64,000 nt of DNA, taken from Sedimentisphaerales bacterium. Lineage in GTDB: Bacteria; Planctomycetota; Phycisphaerae; Sedimentisphaerales; SM23-30. The notes below the pieces were generated by a model, which had not been told where the DNA came from, did not search any database, and saw only the letters and a list, made by a program, of their open reading frames with translations. How positions within the stretch are numbered: position 1 is the stretch's first letter; the number at the start of each line of letters is the position of its first letter. Made by a program: the position numbers and the translations under genes. Location: NCBI GenBank assembly GCA_963663805.2, contig CAXXMR010000019.1:96001-160000 (forward strand), given 5' to 3'. Shown here piece by piece: positions 1 to 10,840 of the stretch.

Positions 1-22
1 AGAAAAAACGCTAAAAAGCCGA

Positions 23-50
23 TTGACTATACTAGATGTAGTGGTAAGAT
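23..50 (+). promoter_or_regulatory. sigma70-type promoter with an NrdR box between -35 and -10
   Basis: TTGACT (23-28), 16 bp spacer, extended -10 TGG-TAAGAT (42-50). ATACTAGATGTAGTGG (29-44) matches the NrdR consensus acaCwAtATaTwGtg and lies upstream of a ribonucleotide reductase. Confidence 0.7.
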
Positions 51-268
51 GAATGCCTTGATCGTGAGACTTTGTTGATCAAACTGTTAGTAGTATTTTT
101 TTACTGTTGTAATTAGGTTAGCACTCCGGGCGACGTAATCGTCTGTCCCAAAAAACCACGGGGAACTTGCCTCTATAGGCTGGCTTCCCAGAGCGACCAG
201 CTCAAGTGAAAAACTACATCCCGGCAAATGGAACCCCGCTATTTTGACAGGGATTTTGCGCGCCTATT

Positions 269-315
269 GTGCCACATATTGGGAATAAGGTTGATTGGCC
301 TACTAGCAGTTGGGG
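269..315 (+). promoter_or_regulatory. tandem NrdR boxes
   Basis: GTGCCACATATTGGGA (269-284) and a weaker CTACTAGCAGTTGGGG (300-315), 31 bp apart, which is the usual tandem NrdR spacing; directly upstream of nrdJ. Confidence 0.6.
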
Positions 316-365
316 TTATTATAGTATATAATATATAGATAGAGAGCAAGTAAGGAGTATACATC

Positions 366-3300
366 ATGACAGCCAATTCGGAAAAGACGCATTCTGTGAG
401 TAAAGAGTCCACCAGCAAACTTCGCGACGGTGCCAAAGAGGTTCTCAAATCTCGGCAGATGCGAATTCAGAGATATTTCAGTCAGGCGGGCATACATCCT
501 TTTGAGCAGTTGGAATGGGAGATTCGGACGGCGAAAATATCAGGGGAAAAGGGGGAAATCGTATTTGAGCAGAACGATGTGGAAGTACCAGCCGGTATGT
601 CGCAGTTGGCTACTCAGGTGATAGCCAGCAAATATTTTTATGGTGAGATTGGTACGTCTGAGCGTGAGCGTTCTTTTAAGGAACTGGTTCACCGGGTCAG
701 CCGTACTATTGCTGACTGGGGTTTTGAGGATGGTTTGTTCGGCAGTGAGGAGCAACGCGAACTGTTTTATGAGGAATTGACCTGGCTGACGGTCAATCAG
801 TACGCGGCGTTTAATTCGCCGGTGTGGTTTAATGTTGGGCTGCATCATGTCAAGGGTGTCTCCGGCAGCAAGCATAATTATCACTGGGCGCCGGAAACCG
901 AGACCATCGAGCCTTGCGAAAACAGTTATGAATTTCCGCAGGCTTCGGCGTGCTTTATCCAAAAAGTCGGGGACACTATGGAAGACATCATGAGCCTCGC
1001 GACCAGCGAAGCGATGCTCTTCAAACATGGCAGCGGGACAGGTACTGATTTATCGACCTTGCGTTCCAGTCGCGAAAAACTAAGCGGGGGCGGTCGTCCT
1101 TCGGGGCCTTTGAGTTTCATGAGAGTTTTTGACCAAATCGCAGCGGTTGTTAAAAGCGGCGGCAAGACTCGTCGGGCTGCCAAGATGCAGTCGCTGAAGA
1201 TTCATCACCCCGACATTCGCGAGTTTATTTGCTGCAAGATGGACGAAGAGAAAAAAGCCTGGGCCCTTATCGAGCAGGGGTATGACGGCAATTATAATGG
1301 GGACGCTTACGGCAGTGTAATGTTCCAGAACGCCAATCTTTCCGTAAGGATAACGGATGAGTTCATGGAAGCCGTAGAAAAAGGCGGAACATTTGAAACT
1401 ATAGCTGTAACGACCAACAAGGTGGTCGAGAAGATTGATGCTGGCGAAATAATGGATTTGATAGCCGAGGGCACGCGGATTTGCGGCGACCCGGGCTTGC
1501 AGTATGACACGACCATCAACAACTGGCACACCTGTCCTAACAGTGGTCGTATCAACGCCAGTAATCCTTGCAGCGAATATATGTTCGTTGATAATTCGGC
1601 GTGCAATCTAGCGAGTTTGAATTTGATGAAATTTCGTCGTGAAGACGGCAGTATAGATGTTGAAAGTTTGCGTAAGGCGGTTCGCGTGATTATTATCGCT
1701 CAGGAGCTGCTGGTTGATCGCGGCAGCTATCCGACCGCGGAGATTGCCAAGAATTCGCATGATTTTCGGCCTTTGGGTCTGGGTTACGCGAATCTGGGAT
1801 GTTTGTTGATGTCTTTGGGTTTGCCTTATGACAGTGATCAGGGTCGGGCTTTGGCTGCATCGATTACGGCGGTTATGACGGGTACGGCTTATCGTGTCAG
1901 CGCCGAGCTGGCGGAGGCTTTGGGGACATTCAACGAATTTGAACAGAATCGCAAGCCCATGCTGAAAGTGATTCGTCGGCATCGTGATGCGGTAAACGAA
2001 ATCAATGAGCTGTGCTGTTCGGAAGATTTATACGCGGCGGCTGGTCAGGCCTGGCAGGAGGCTCTCTCTGTGGGTGAGAAGTTTGGCTATCGCAATAGTC
2101 AGGTGACGGTTCTGGCGCCGACTGGCACGATTGGTTTTATGATGGACTGCGACACAACCGGTATTGAGCCTGACATCGCGTTGGTGAAGTATAAACTTCT
2201 GGCGGGCGGGGGCATGTTGAAGATTGTGAATAATACGGTAAAAATGGCTTTGGAGCGTCTGGGTTATGACCAGAAGCAGATAGCTAATATCGTAGCGGCC
2301 ATCGAAGAAGACGATACCATCGAAACCGCCGCGGATTTGGAGCCGGAACATTTGCCGGTTTTTGACTGTGCGTTCAAGGCGGCCAAGGGCAAGCGTTCGA
2401 TTCATTATCTTGCCCATGTTAAGATGATGGCAGCGACTCAGCCTTTCCTTTCGGGTGCGATAAGCAAGACGGTTAATATGCCGACCGAAAGTACGGCAGA
2501 TGATATTCGCGAAGTATACATGACGGCTTGGCGGCTGGGACTGAAGGCTGTGGCGATTTATCGTGACGGTTCGAAGCGTTCTCAGCCGGTCTCCAGTAAG
2601 AAAGGCAATAACACACTCGGCAAAGAGCAGGCTTCAGAAGCCGCGGTCGAGACCAAAGTAAAAATAGTGACGGAAAACCGGCCCTTCAGAAAGCGTCTTC
2701 CCCAGACGCGGCAAAGTCTCACGCATAAATTTGATGTGGCCGGCCATGAGGGTTACCTGACGGTGGGGTTGTACGAGGACGGACAGCCTGGTGAGTTGTT
2801 TATCACCATGGCCAAGGAGGGCAGCACCGTTGGGGGCCTGATGGACGCTTTTGGGACATGTATCTCGATGGCATTGCAATATGGCGTTCCGCTGGATACT
2901 CTGATTAAGAAGTTCAGTCACTCTCGGTTTGAGCCGGCAGGCATGACGACCAACCGCGAAATACCTTTCGCCAAGAGTCTGATTGATTATATCTCACGCT
3001 GGCTGGGCATGACGTTCCTGCCGGGCTACTATGAAGCCAACGCACCCAAGCGCGGCGACGGCAAGGATAGCAAACCCGTCACGCCTCGGGTAAGTATTCC
3101 GGTACGCAAGACCGAAACAAAAGCTGAAGGCTCGACAGAAAACAACGATGCCAATAAGGGGACAGTTAAATCAGTTCAGCAATCGGCTGGAAGCCCCTGA
3201 TTGGTATGGTAAACAAATCCGCGGGGGAAGGTGGGATGCAGCTTCAGGAAAGTGAAGTGCTGGGCATCTTCAATCAGCAGTTCAGCCATTTTCAGTCGGA

Positions 3301-3395
3301 CGCTCCGGCCTGTGATGTCTGCGGTTCGATTACCGTGCGGAACGGCAACTGCTACCGCTGTCACAACTGCGGCTTCGTCGATGGGTTGCAGCTAA
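366..3395 (+). CDS. nrdJ: adenosylcobalamin-dependent (class II) ribonucleotide reductase with TSCPD domain and C-terminal zinc ribbon; two apparent frameshifts
   Basis: FNSPVWFN, PQASACFI, NASNPCSEY, APTGTI and AISKTVN motifs. The main ORF stops at 3200. The zinc ribbon (DAPACDVCGSITVRNGNCYRCHNCG) is in another frame, and removing one T near 3374 restores the typical end GSSMGCS* (TAA 3393-3395). Confidence 0.93.
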
Positions 3396-3422
3396 ACTGT
3401 GTTTATAATTTCGCTCTTTTCG

Positions 3423-3459
3423 CGGTGCGTTGGAAAGGATTCCTTCGCACCGTTTTTTT
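3423..3459 (+). terminator. rho-independent terminator of nrdJ
   Basis: CGGTGCG..GGAA / TTCC..CGCACCG stem followed by T7. Confidence 0.75.
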
Positions 3460-3465
3460 ACGCGC

Positions 3466-3501
3466 AAAAAAAAGACTGACGTCGATTTGACGCCAGTCTT
3501 T
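3466..3501 (-). terminator. rho-independent terminator for the convergent minus-strand gene
   Basis: On the minus strand AAAGACTGGCGTC-loop-GACGTCAGTCTTT followed by a T run. Confidence 0.7.
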
Positions 3502-3529
3502 GTGGTAATAATATGGTTTAATAGTTTCC

Positions 3530-5202
3530 TTACGGCGAGGTCATTAGCCATTCCGAAGCCAGTATCGCAAAGTCTATCAGGTCAACTTTGCAGCTGCCGT
3601 CCAGGTCAGCGGTCAGACCCGGACATTTAGGCGCATTGGTGGTAAGCTCAAATGCCAGGTCAAACCATTCGCCTTGCGGATACATTTCCGGGTTCGGCAG
3701 CAGCAGAGGGAAGAAATTCGCGACAAAGGTGTCATGCACCGCGAACGGCGGTAAGGCACCGTCTAGCGACGTAATCACAACGGCTGCATCGGGGGCCTTT
3801 TCTGGATTATAAGGTTTGGTCTTCCAGCCCCAGGGATGTAGAACCTCTGTTACCGTCCAGATACACCGCGGCAATACTCAGCCAGTAGACATTGCCCACT
3901 TTCGGGGTCTGCCATGGGTTGCTGATAGAAATAGTCTTCCTCGTCCAGCAGTTGATTGAACTGGAAGCAGGCTTCGTTTTCCTGGGGCAGTCCCCAGCAG
4001 CTGGCGATTGTATTCGACAATGTCAATGTATTCAAATCTGGGGTCGAGGTCATAGCCGGCGAAGTTGGAAACCCACTTATAGCAACGGTGCTGCCAAAGC
4101 AATTTGTCCGGCCGACTGGGAATCCCGTTTGCAGGGTCGCCGGGAATATCCGACCAGATGCACATCTGGAAATAATCCGGCACCTGGGGTGGTAGATGGG
4201 GCTGGTCCCAGCCGACAAATGAACCCCACCAATGTAAATCGGTGATGGGTCTTTCATCCATGCATACCCAATCGTCAGCGGCCATGGTAATGGAGACACC
4301 CTGGTCAGGATTTTCCGGAATCACCGAACGGACATCCCAGCCGTAAATCAACGGCGTTGCTTCTTCAATCGCAACAAAAGGCGGCTGACTGTATTTTACA
4401 TGAATGCCTTTATAGGCTTTGATGTTTTTTTTGACTACCATGACATCCCTGCCAGTAGTTCCAGATTCTTTGAATTTGTATCGGCATAGCTCCACCCGGC
4501 GGAATCGGAGTAGGGCCGCCGACCCAGGCCGAGTTTTCGTCCCGCCAGAAAGCTCATTGCCTGAGTGATGTCAAAGGCAGGGTTATTCATAAATCCGGAA
4601 GCCATTGGTGTTGTTGCGCCAATCCCCAATACGGAGGTGTCAATAGTGACGGTTGTGGGGAGATTGTAAGGGATATTCATGGGCACCTGCCACCACCAGG
4701 ACCGGATATTGCCATTGATATCCTTGATACCAAACGAAATTGCGTTGATACCGCTGACCTGGGGCGGAATTACTGTCACGGTGATAATGCAATTGCTGAT
4801 ATCCGGGTCCACGCCGTATTCCATAATAAACGCCACTGGAGAAATTACCTGCTGACATCCAGTCGTCTCCCCAGGCCATGACCAGTCCGGCTTCTTCGGG
4901 TGGATCGGCTCCGCCACCTTCCAGGCCTTCGTAGACATAAAGTTCCGGTTCGTAAAATACTGTTGGCTGGCCCAGGTTATAAGGTTCGCCGTCCTTAAGG
5001 AAGCTGCCCCCACTGCTGTAATGTAACTGCATGGGTCGGGTGAGTCCCATTCGAGCGGAGACATTGGTCGCGTGAATGGTCCATCGCCTATCCAACTTAG
5101 GGAGTTGTCCCAATGGGTGTAGCTATCGATGAGGAAATATGGTGAGCCCAACGCAGGCAAAGCCAACAATCCGACGATGAAGAGAATTATAGTTTTCTTC
5201 AT
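3530..5202 (-). CDS. secreted planctomycete-type extracellular protein with C-terminal dockerin-like motif; split over several frames
   Basis: GGAGG RBS then MKKTIILFIVGLLALPALG signal peptide at 5202. Coding sense passes through ORFs 4435-5421, 4640-5113, 3878-4495 and 3530-3874 (AADDWVC..PITDLHWWGSF; ADLDGSCKVDLIDFAILASEWL). At least four frameshifts. Confidence 0.7.
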
Positions 5203-5439
5203 GATACAACCTCCAAAAAGAGTGTTAGAAAGGGGTTCGAGCAGACGACACTCAACCCGTGATTGATTACCAGGTACAATCGATACAACAACTTGGCTGG
5301 GGATAAAGAAATCATTCCCAGACCACACAGAATCATAACAGAATAAATGCTGGTTGTCAACCCAATGAGACAAATAACTGGGAATTAATAAACTTATAAT
5401 CCCCGCCCGGCCCCTTAACATTTGCGTAACTCACAGTTA

Positions 5440-6138
5440 TTACTCGCTGCCAAAAGCGCAATGTTGCCTTAATACGCACTCTAAGCAGTGTGGACGACGG
5501 GCAAATACAGGTTTTTCGACCGTGCCAAATCAGTAGATGGCTCAGGTCGGCCCAATCTGCCTCCGGGAAAAGCTCCATCAAATCGTATTCGAGTTTTACC
5601 GGGTCATTATTTTTCGACAGGCCCAGCAGGCGTGACAGGCGAATCACGTGCGTATCGGTCACGACCGCGGGGATGCCGTAGGCGTTGGCCAGCACGACGT
5701 TTGCGGTTTTACGACCTACGCCGGGCAGGTCGGTCAGTTCTTCTCTGGTTTGGGGGACTTTGCCTTTGTGTTTGCCGACAATGTCACCACAGGCAGCGAT
5801 TATATTTTTCGTTTTGTTGCGAAAGAATCCCGTTGAGCGAATATCGTTTTCCAGTTCGCTTTGCTCAGCTTCAGCGAAGGCGCGAGCGGAACGATATTTT
5901 TTTGAACAGGTCTTTAGTGACCATGTTGACACGCTGGTCAGTACACTGAGCCGAAAGAATTGTACTAATGAGAAGTTGCAGCGGGTTTTTGTGGACAAGC
6001 TCGGCAATGAGCGTCGGGGAATTCTTTTTTGAGAAGTTTTAGTATTTCAATTGCCCGGTCGGGAGCGGTTTTAAGCTGCGCTGCTGTCGGTTTAAACTTA
6101 ACCGAGTTAGGGATTTTGCCGGCGTCTTTTTTTGCCAT
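5440..6138 (-). CDS. nth: endonuclease III (frameshifted)
   Basis: HhH motif LPGVGRKTANVVL, then DTHVIRLS and HGRKTC. Changing frame recovers the N-terminal NPLQLLISTILSAQCTDQRVN and the C-terminal Fe-S motif C..RRPHCLECVLRQHC. Confidence 0.9.
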
Positions 6139-7027
6139 TAGTAATTACCTTGTTTTGGCGGTCCCAGGCTTTCTTGCCGACAGGGACAGGTTGACACTGG
6201 GGGCAAAAATGAGTTGAGCGTCCGCCCAGCACAAATTTCTCGATAGGTGTTTTACATTTTTTGCAAGGCTGTCCCTGTCGCTGATATACCTTGAGCATTT
6301 TGAGGAAGCGGCCCATCTGGCCGTAAGCGTTACGGTAGTCACTGAAACTTGTCCCGCCCTGCTCGATGGATTTTTTCAGGATACGACCGATAGCTTTGCG
6401 AAGTTTTTCCGCGGTTTGTGGTGAAATCGTTTCGCTTACGGTAATCGGATGGATGCCCGCAGCGAAAAGCGATTCATCGACATAAATATTGCCCAGCCCC
6501 GCGATTTTTTGCTGGTCCAGCAGTAAAGTCTTAACTGCTCTCAGTCCCTGAAGCGTTGTTAGGAAATTTGCCTTGGAAATCGCCAACGGCTCCGGCCCCA
6601 TCTTCGACATGCCGACTGCTTCCATCGCCGGGTCGGGATTGGCAATGTCCAGTGCTTCGATAAAACACACCCGGCCGAACCGCCGCACATCGACGAAACG
6701 AAGTTGTTTGCCGTTGTCCAGGTTGACCAGCATATGAGTATGCTTTGCCGACTCATCGCTCGGCTCATGAATAACAAACCGTCCGGTCATGCCCAGTTGG
6801 ATAATAATGTCGAGAGGTGAATCGGTAATAATAATAAGCCGTTTGCCGCGTCGGGTAATTTTGGTGATTTTACTGTTGGTGAGAGTCTGGACGGCTTTTT
6901 GGGCTTTGCTTTTGAAAGGCCCGCGCAAAACCAGCGGCTGAATGACCTTGATAGATTCAATCCGACAGCCAAGTATTTCCTGTCGCAAACCAATAGCGAT
7001 ATTTTCAACTTCGGGCAGTTCCGGCAC
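6107..7027 (-). CDS. mutM: formamidopyrimidine-DNA glycosylase
   Basis: MPELPEVE N-terminus, LGMTG, DVRRFG, AGLGNIYVDESLF and the C-terminal zinc finger CKKC..RSTHFCPQCQ. Confidence 0.96.
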   Translation of the reverse strand: MPELPEVENIAIGLRQEILGCRIESIKVIQPLVLRGPFKSKAQKAVQTLTNSKITKITRRGKRLIIITDSPLDIIIQLGMTGRFVIHEPSDESAKHTHMLVNLDNGKQLRFVDVRRFGRVCFIEALDIANPDPAMEAVGMSKMGPEPLAISKANFLTTLQGLRAVKTLLLDQQKIAGLGNIYVDESLFAAGIHPITVSETISPQTAEKLRKAIGRILKKSIEQGGTSFSDYRNAYGQMGRFLKMLKVYQRQGQPCKKCKTPIEKFVLGGRSTHFCPQCQPVPVGKKAWDRQNKVITNGKKRRRQNP

Positions 7028-7119
7028 CAGGCGTTCCTTTCATCATTTTCTGATTCTAGGCCCGCTAATCCCGCCAGGCAACTTAAAATAGTAGGGCATT
7101 TTTATGGGTCAGGGAGTAT

Positions 7120-8031
7120 TCAGGGACGGGGGTGGTATTTCTTATGTATCCCTCTGAGGTGTTCCTGGTCAACGTGGGTGTAGATTTGGGTGGTGGTGAC
7201 ATTTACATGGCCGAGCATTTCCTGAACCGAGCGGAGGTCGGCTCCGCCCTGAAGCAAGTGGGTTCCGAAGCAGTGTCGCAGGGTGTGGGGTGTGACCTTT
7301 CCTATCATTCCTGCGTTTCGGGCGGTTCGTTTGACGATGCGCCAGATTTCGATACGGTCCAGCGGTCGGCCGGTACGCGAAACAAAAAGGTTCTGAGTAG
7401 TTTTAGTGCCGACAAGTATAGGCCGTAATTCTTTAAGGTAAGTGGTGACCAGATTTAGAGCGTGTTGATGGACGGGGACGACTCTTTCTTTTCGGCCTTT
7501 ACCGAAGCAGCGTAGGAATCCTATCTGGAAATTTATATTTTCAATTTGCAGGTCCGCTATTTCCGAAGCCCTCATTCCGGTGGCATAGAGTAGTTCCAGA
7601 AGAGCCCGGTCGCGCATCGCTAGTGAACTTTCCGGGTCAACCGCGGCGAGCAGTTCGTTGGTCCGCTGTTTGGTGAGGACGCGGGGCAGACGCTGCCAGG
7701 TTTTGGGTGATTCGATGACCTGACAGATGTCGGTTTTAATCTGAGAGGTCAGCAGATGAAAGCGCAGGAACATTTTTACCGCGGAAAGATGCCGGGCGAT
7801 GGTAGCGGTGGAAAGTTTCAGATTGAAAAGTTCGCGGGCGAAGTTCTGAACATCCAGCGGTTTAATGATGTTGGGGTCGCGTAGCTGTTTTTCGGTGCAG
7901 AATTCCGCGAAACGCCGGATGTCTCGATGGTAGGCCAGGACGGTATTTTCGGTCAGGCCACATTCGGCATCGAGATAACCGAGAAATGGTTTAATCTGAT
8001 TTTGGGGCCAATTTCCCTGGGGTGGAGTCAT
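7120..8031 (-). CDS. xerD: site-specific tyrosine recombinase XerD
   Basis: LELLYATGMRASE, GKGRKERVVP, TPHTLRHCFGTHLLQGGADLRSVQEMLGH, TTQIYTHV..HPR. Confidence 0.93.
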   Translation of the reverse strand: MTPPQGNWPQNQIKPFLGYLDAECGLTENTVLAYHRDIRRFAEFCTEKQLRDPNIIKPLDVQNFARELFNLKLSTATIARHLSAVKMFLRFHLLTSQIKTDICQVIESPKTWQRLPRVLTKQRTNELLAAVDPESSLAMRDRALLELLYATGMRASEIADLQIENINFQIGFLRCFGKGRKERVVPVHQHALNLVTTYLKELRPILVGTKTTQNLFVSRTGRPLDRIEIWRIVKRTARNAGMIGKVTPHTLRHCFGTHLLQGGADLRSVQEMLGHVNVTTTQIYTHVDQEHLRGIHKKYHPRP

Positions 8032-8052
8032 TACGACAGTCCTTTGCGGCGA

Positions 8053-8256
8053 TCAAAGGAAAAAACTTATTAGTAATGTGTTTCCGGGGGTGACGGCAAC
8101 TAACTCAAGCTGTTGGGGTTGCTGCTGGCTGAGTTCGAGATATAGTGGGCAGAACATATATTTGTCAGTGCAATGCTCGAACGCTTCGGAAAGATGGCTG
8201 AGATTAAGGGTCTCACTACAGCGGGGGTAGTTAAGGTCAATATATGGACAACTCAT
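8053..8256 (-). CDS. small Cys-containing hypothetical protein
   Basis: GAGGA RBS; MSCPY..RC..HC..FCPLY, with four spaced cysteines. Confidence 0.55.
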   Translation of the reverse strand: MSCPYIDLNYPRCSETLNLSHLSEAFEHCTDKYMFCPLYLELSQQQPQQLELVAVTPGNTLLISFFL

Positions 8257-8350
8257 CTTTAATCCTCAAAAAATCACGTTACCAATACTGATTATCGTCT
8301 TTTTAACGCGATTTGGTTGAATAACGTTAGGTGAGTTGTGCGATTGCCGG

Positions 8351-9146
8351 CTAAATATTGTCCGAGTATCTCAGCGGCCCATCGGCAGGCCCAAAATATT
8401 CGGCATAAGTCCGCGGCGTTTCCCAGACCGCGATTCGCCCCAGTCGAGGCTCAGCGAAATGAGGAGCCAGAATATCCCAGAAGACGCGAACCATATTTTC
8501 CACCGTGGGGATAAGATTTTGGAACTGGGGCAGGTCATGGCTGAGGTTTTTGTGATCGAACGGTTCGATGATATGCTGATTGACTGTCTCGTCCAGCTTT
8601 TCCAGACTGATAAGCTGCTGCGACCCTTCAGGCAAGACCGGGGCTTCTACGGTTACTTCCAGCAGATAATTATGACCATGCCCCGCGGCGTTGGAGCATT
8701 TACCGAATTCCTGAAAATTACGCTGGGTATCCCATTCGGCGTTCCAGAGCTGATGGGCAGCGGCAAGTTCATATTTAGCAGTAACTTGTATCACTTGAGG
8801 CTCCTTTGCATAATTCCGGCTAACTCTTAGCGAGGGGTTGAGTTCCAGTGCGGTTTTCAGGCAGATAAAATCCGGAAAATTCTCACTGACAATCTGGCGG
8901 GCCCATTCGAGGATATGGAAATTATCATGCGGCTTGAAGGGTTTTCTGGCAAAGCGTTCGGCGAAAAGCGTCTTTAATACAGGCGACATTAACAAGCAGT
9001 CCGGTCTGAGCATCGGGCTTGCCGCCCAGCGTTACCCAAAGGGTCAGGTATGGTTGAGGAGTAGATAGATCACGGCTGGGGCCGAGCGTGAGCAGGTTGG
9101 TTTCATTATTGAAAGTCAGTTCGAGTCCGCGGGTTAGTCTAATCAT
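8351..9146 (-). CDS. two-domain 6-pyruvoyl-tetrahydropterin synthase / QueD-family protein (frameshifted)
   Basis: The N-domain (LWVTLGGKPDAQTGLLVNV) is in ORF 8925-9146. The C-domain (AAAHQLW..FGKCSN..GHGHNYLLEVTV, FDHKNL, PTVEN, ETP) is in ORF 8351-9013. Confidence 0.8.
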
Positions 9147-9155
9147 GATTCCATC

Positions 9156-9930
9156 TTATTGGAGAAGGGGCATAAGAGTAAAGTGGATTTGGCCCTCGGT
9201 GATTTTAATATCGGTGATGAGGGCGCTTTTGGTGTCGTTTAGTGGGAACCAGGGGTCAACAGTGAAGGTGTTTTTCTCGATGATGTCGAGTAGGGCGGTT
9301 TGGACCTGCTCACGGTCGATGGGGCTGTCGATTAGTAGTGCGTCCTGGATTTTAGGGCCGTTAGGGCCGAGCGGGGCTAATCGCTGGGCGAGATTGGTGA
9401 GGATTTCGCGCAAAATAGTACGCGGAATAGCGACAGCACCCGCTTGGGGTGGGTTGATGGTGATTTCCAGCAGGTTGTCGGGGGTTATGCGGGGCTGGGC
9501 AGTCAGGGTTATTACCGTTTGGGTGGATTGATAGTTGACCAGGCCCATTAGCTGAAAAGTGTCAGATGTAAGGTGGATTTGAGGGCGGCAAAAATGTGTA
9601 AATATTTCCGGCGACGTGTTAGGCAGAAAACTGGTGTCCTGAGCCAGGACGAGCAGGTCGTTTAAACGGATTTTCGTCGAGAGTGATGGTGAAAGGCGCC
9701 ATTTCGTTGACGTTGTTGTAGATTTCCTGAACTTTTCGGTCACGGTAGATTTCGACTTCACGCTGTCGCTGGGCGGAGAGAGGGGCGGGATGGTAATTTT
9801 GGGGCTTGTAAACCAGAGCGAGATAGCCAGCCAGGAGGATTGATGTTACCAGAATCACAGCGATTAGCAGGCCGACGCAGATTCTGGTGACGGATTTTTT
9901 CCAGCGTTGTGAACCGCTCAAGGGAGTCAT
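9156..9930 (-). CDS. membrane-anchored hypothetical protein (frameshifted)
   Basis: ORF 9619-9930 has an N-terminal TM helix; the sense continues in ORF 9156-9761. Confidence 0.6.
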
Positions 9931-10106
9931 GGTCTATGTATCCTGTTTATAATCAGTTACGAACCGCTGTAAATTTGGTTCGCTATCTTGCGTAATCGTT
10001 ATAGGCCGTAAATGGCAGCCCGGGCAGGGTGATTATAGCGTTTTTGGTGCCAAAAAACATTCTGTCGGCCGCGGCCATTGTGTTATCATGTTGGAGAGGC
10101 TTATTT

Positions 10107-10788
10107 ATGTCCAGCGATTATTTGACAATTCTACAACTGAACGCACCAGCCGATGGTAGGGCTTTGGATTCGGCCTATCGGCGGAGCCGGGGCGCGGTAT
10201 GAGCGTTTGTGCTCAGCGGGGCCCCTGAAATATTATCGTGTTGATTTGCTGGCGGCGGCGGAGCGGGCCTACTCAATGCTGAAACGCAGTAAGGTTATTA
10301 GGGCGGAGCGGGAACATGACAGCGGTTCGGTGGTTAGTCGCCGGGCGGCGGTACTGAGGCAGGAGGAAGCCCGGCGAGTGAATGGGAGTTACGGCGAGAA
10401 TATGTCGGTGGTGTCTGGCCGAAAGATAGGGAATATTCGTACACTAGGTCAAAACACCGAGCAGCGGCAGCGTGAGCGAGAAGACGAATTCTGTCGGCAG
10501 GTAATTTATCGGCTGGAGGGTGATTTGATTCGCTATGACAGTCGGCAGGAATTACTGAGAATGGCGGGCGAGCTTGAGATTAACCAGTTTCGCTCAAGCC
10601 TGCTCATTGCCCAGATCGTAGAGTCGGTGAGACGGCACGGAGTGTTCGAGCCCACAACCGAGGAACGCAAGCTCTACCAGAAAAAGCAACGCAAAACAAA
10701 CAGCAAACTGAAATGGCTGATAGGTGGACTGATACTGACAGTAGCGGCATTGGTGGACCTGTTAGCGATCAAACTGCTGGGTAGCTAA
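10107..10788 (+). CDS. hypothetical protein with degenerate J-domain-like N-terminus and C-terminal TM helix (frameshift near 10190)
   Basis: GGAGAGG RBS, then ATG 10107 MSSDYLTILQLNAPADGRALDSAYRR, joining ARYERL..AAERAYSML; ends in a hydrophobic WLIGGLILTVAALVDLLAI tail. Confidence 0.55.
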
Positions 10789-10840
10789 CGAAAAACCTGT
10801 CTAAATTCTTCGCCGTTAAAAATTTTCGTTTTATCTTTGG

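Noticed and set aside
60..365. Cobalamin riboswitch upstream of the B12-dependent nrdJ
   Set aside because: The conserved B12-box and GCCACTG/GGGAAG elements were not found.
3176..3395. Programmed frameshift or split NrdJa/NrdJb
   Set aside because: There is a second indel within the terminal CGSSMGCS motif and many indels in neighbouring genes, which points to sequence error.
7120..8031. Prophage or island integrase
   Set aside because: Sequence and context (with mutM and nth, no phage genes or att sites) fit chromosomal XerD.
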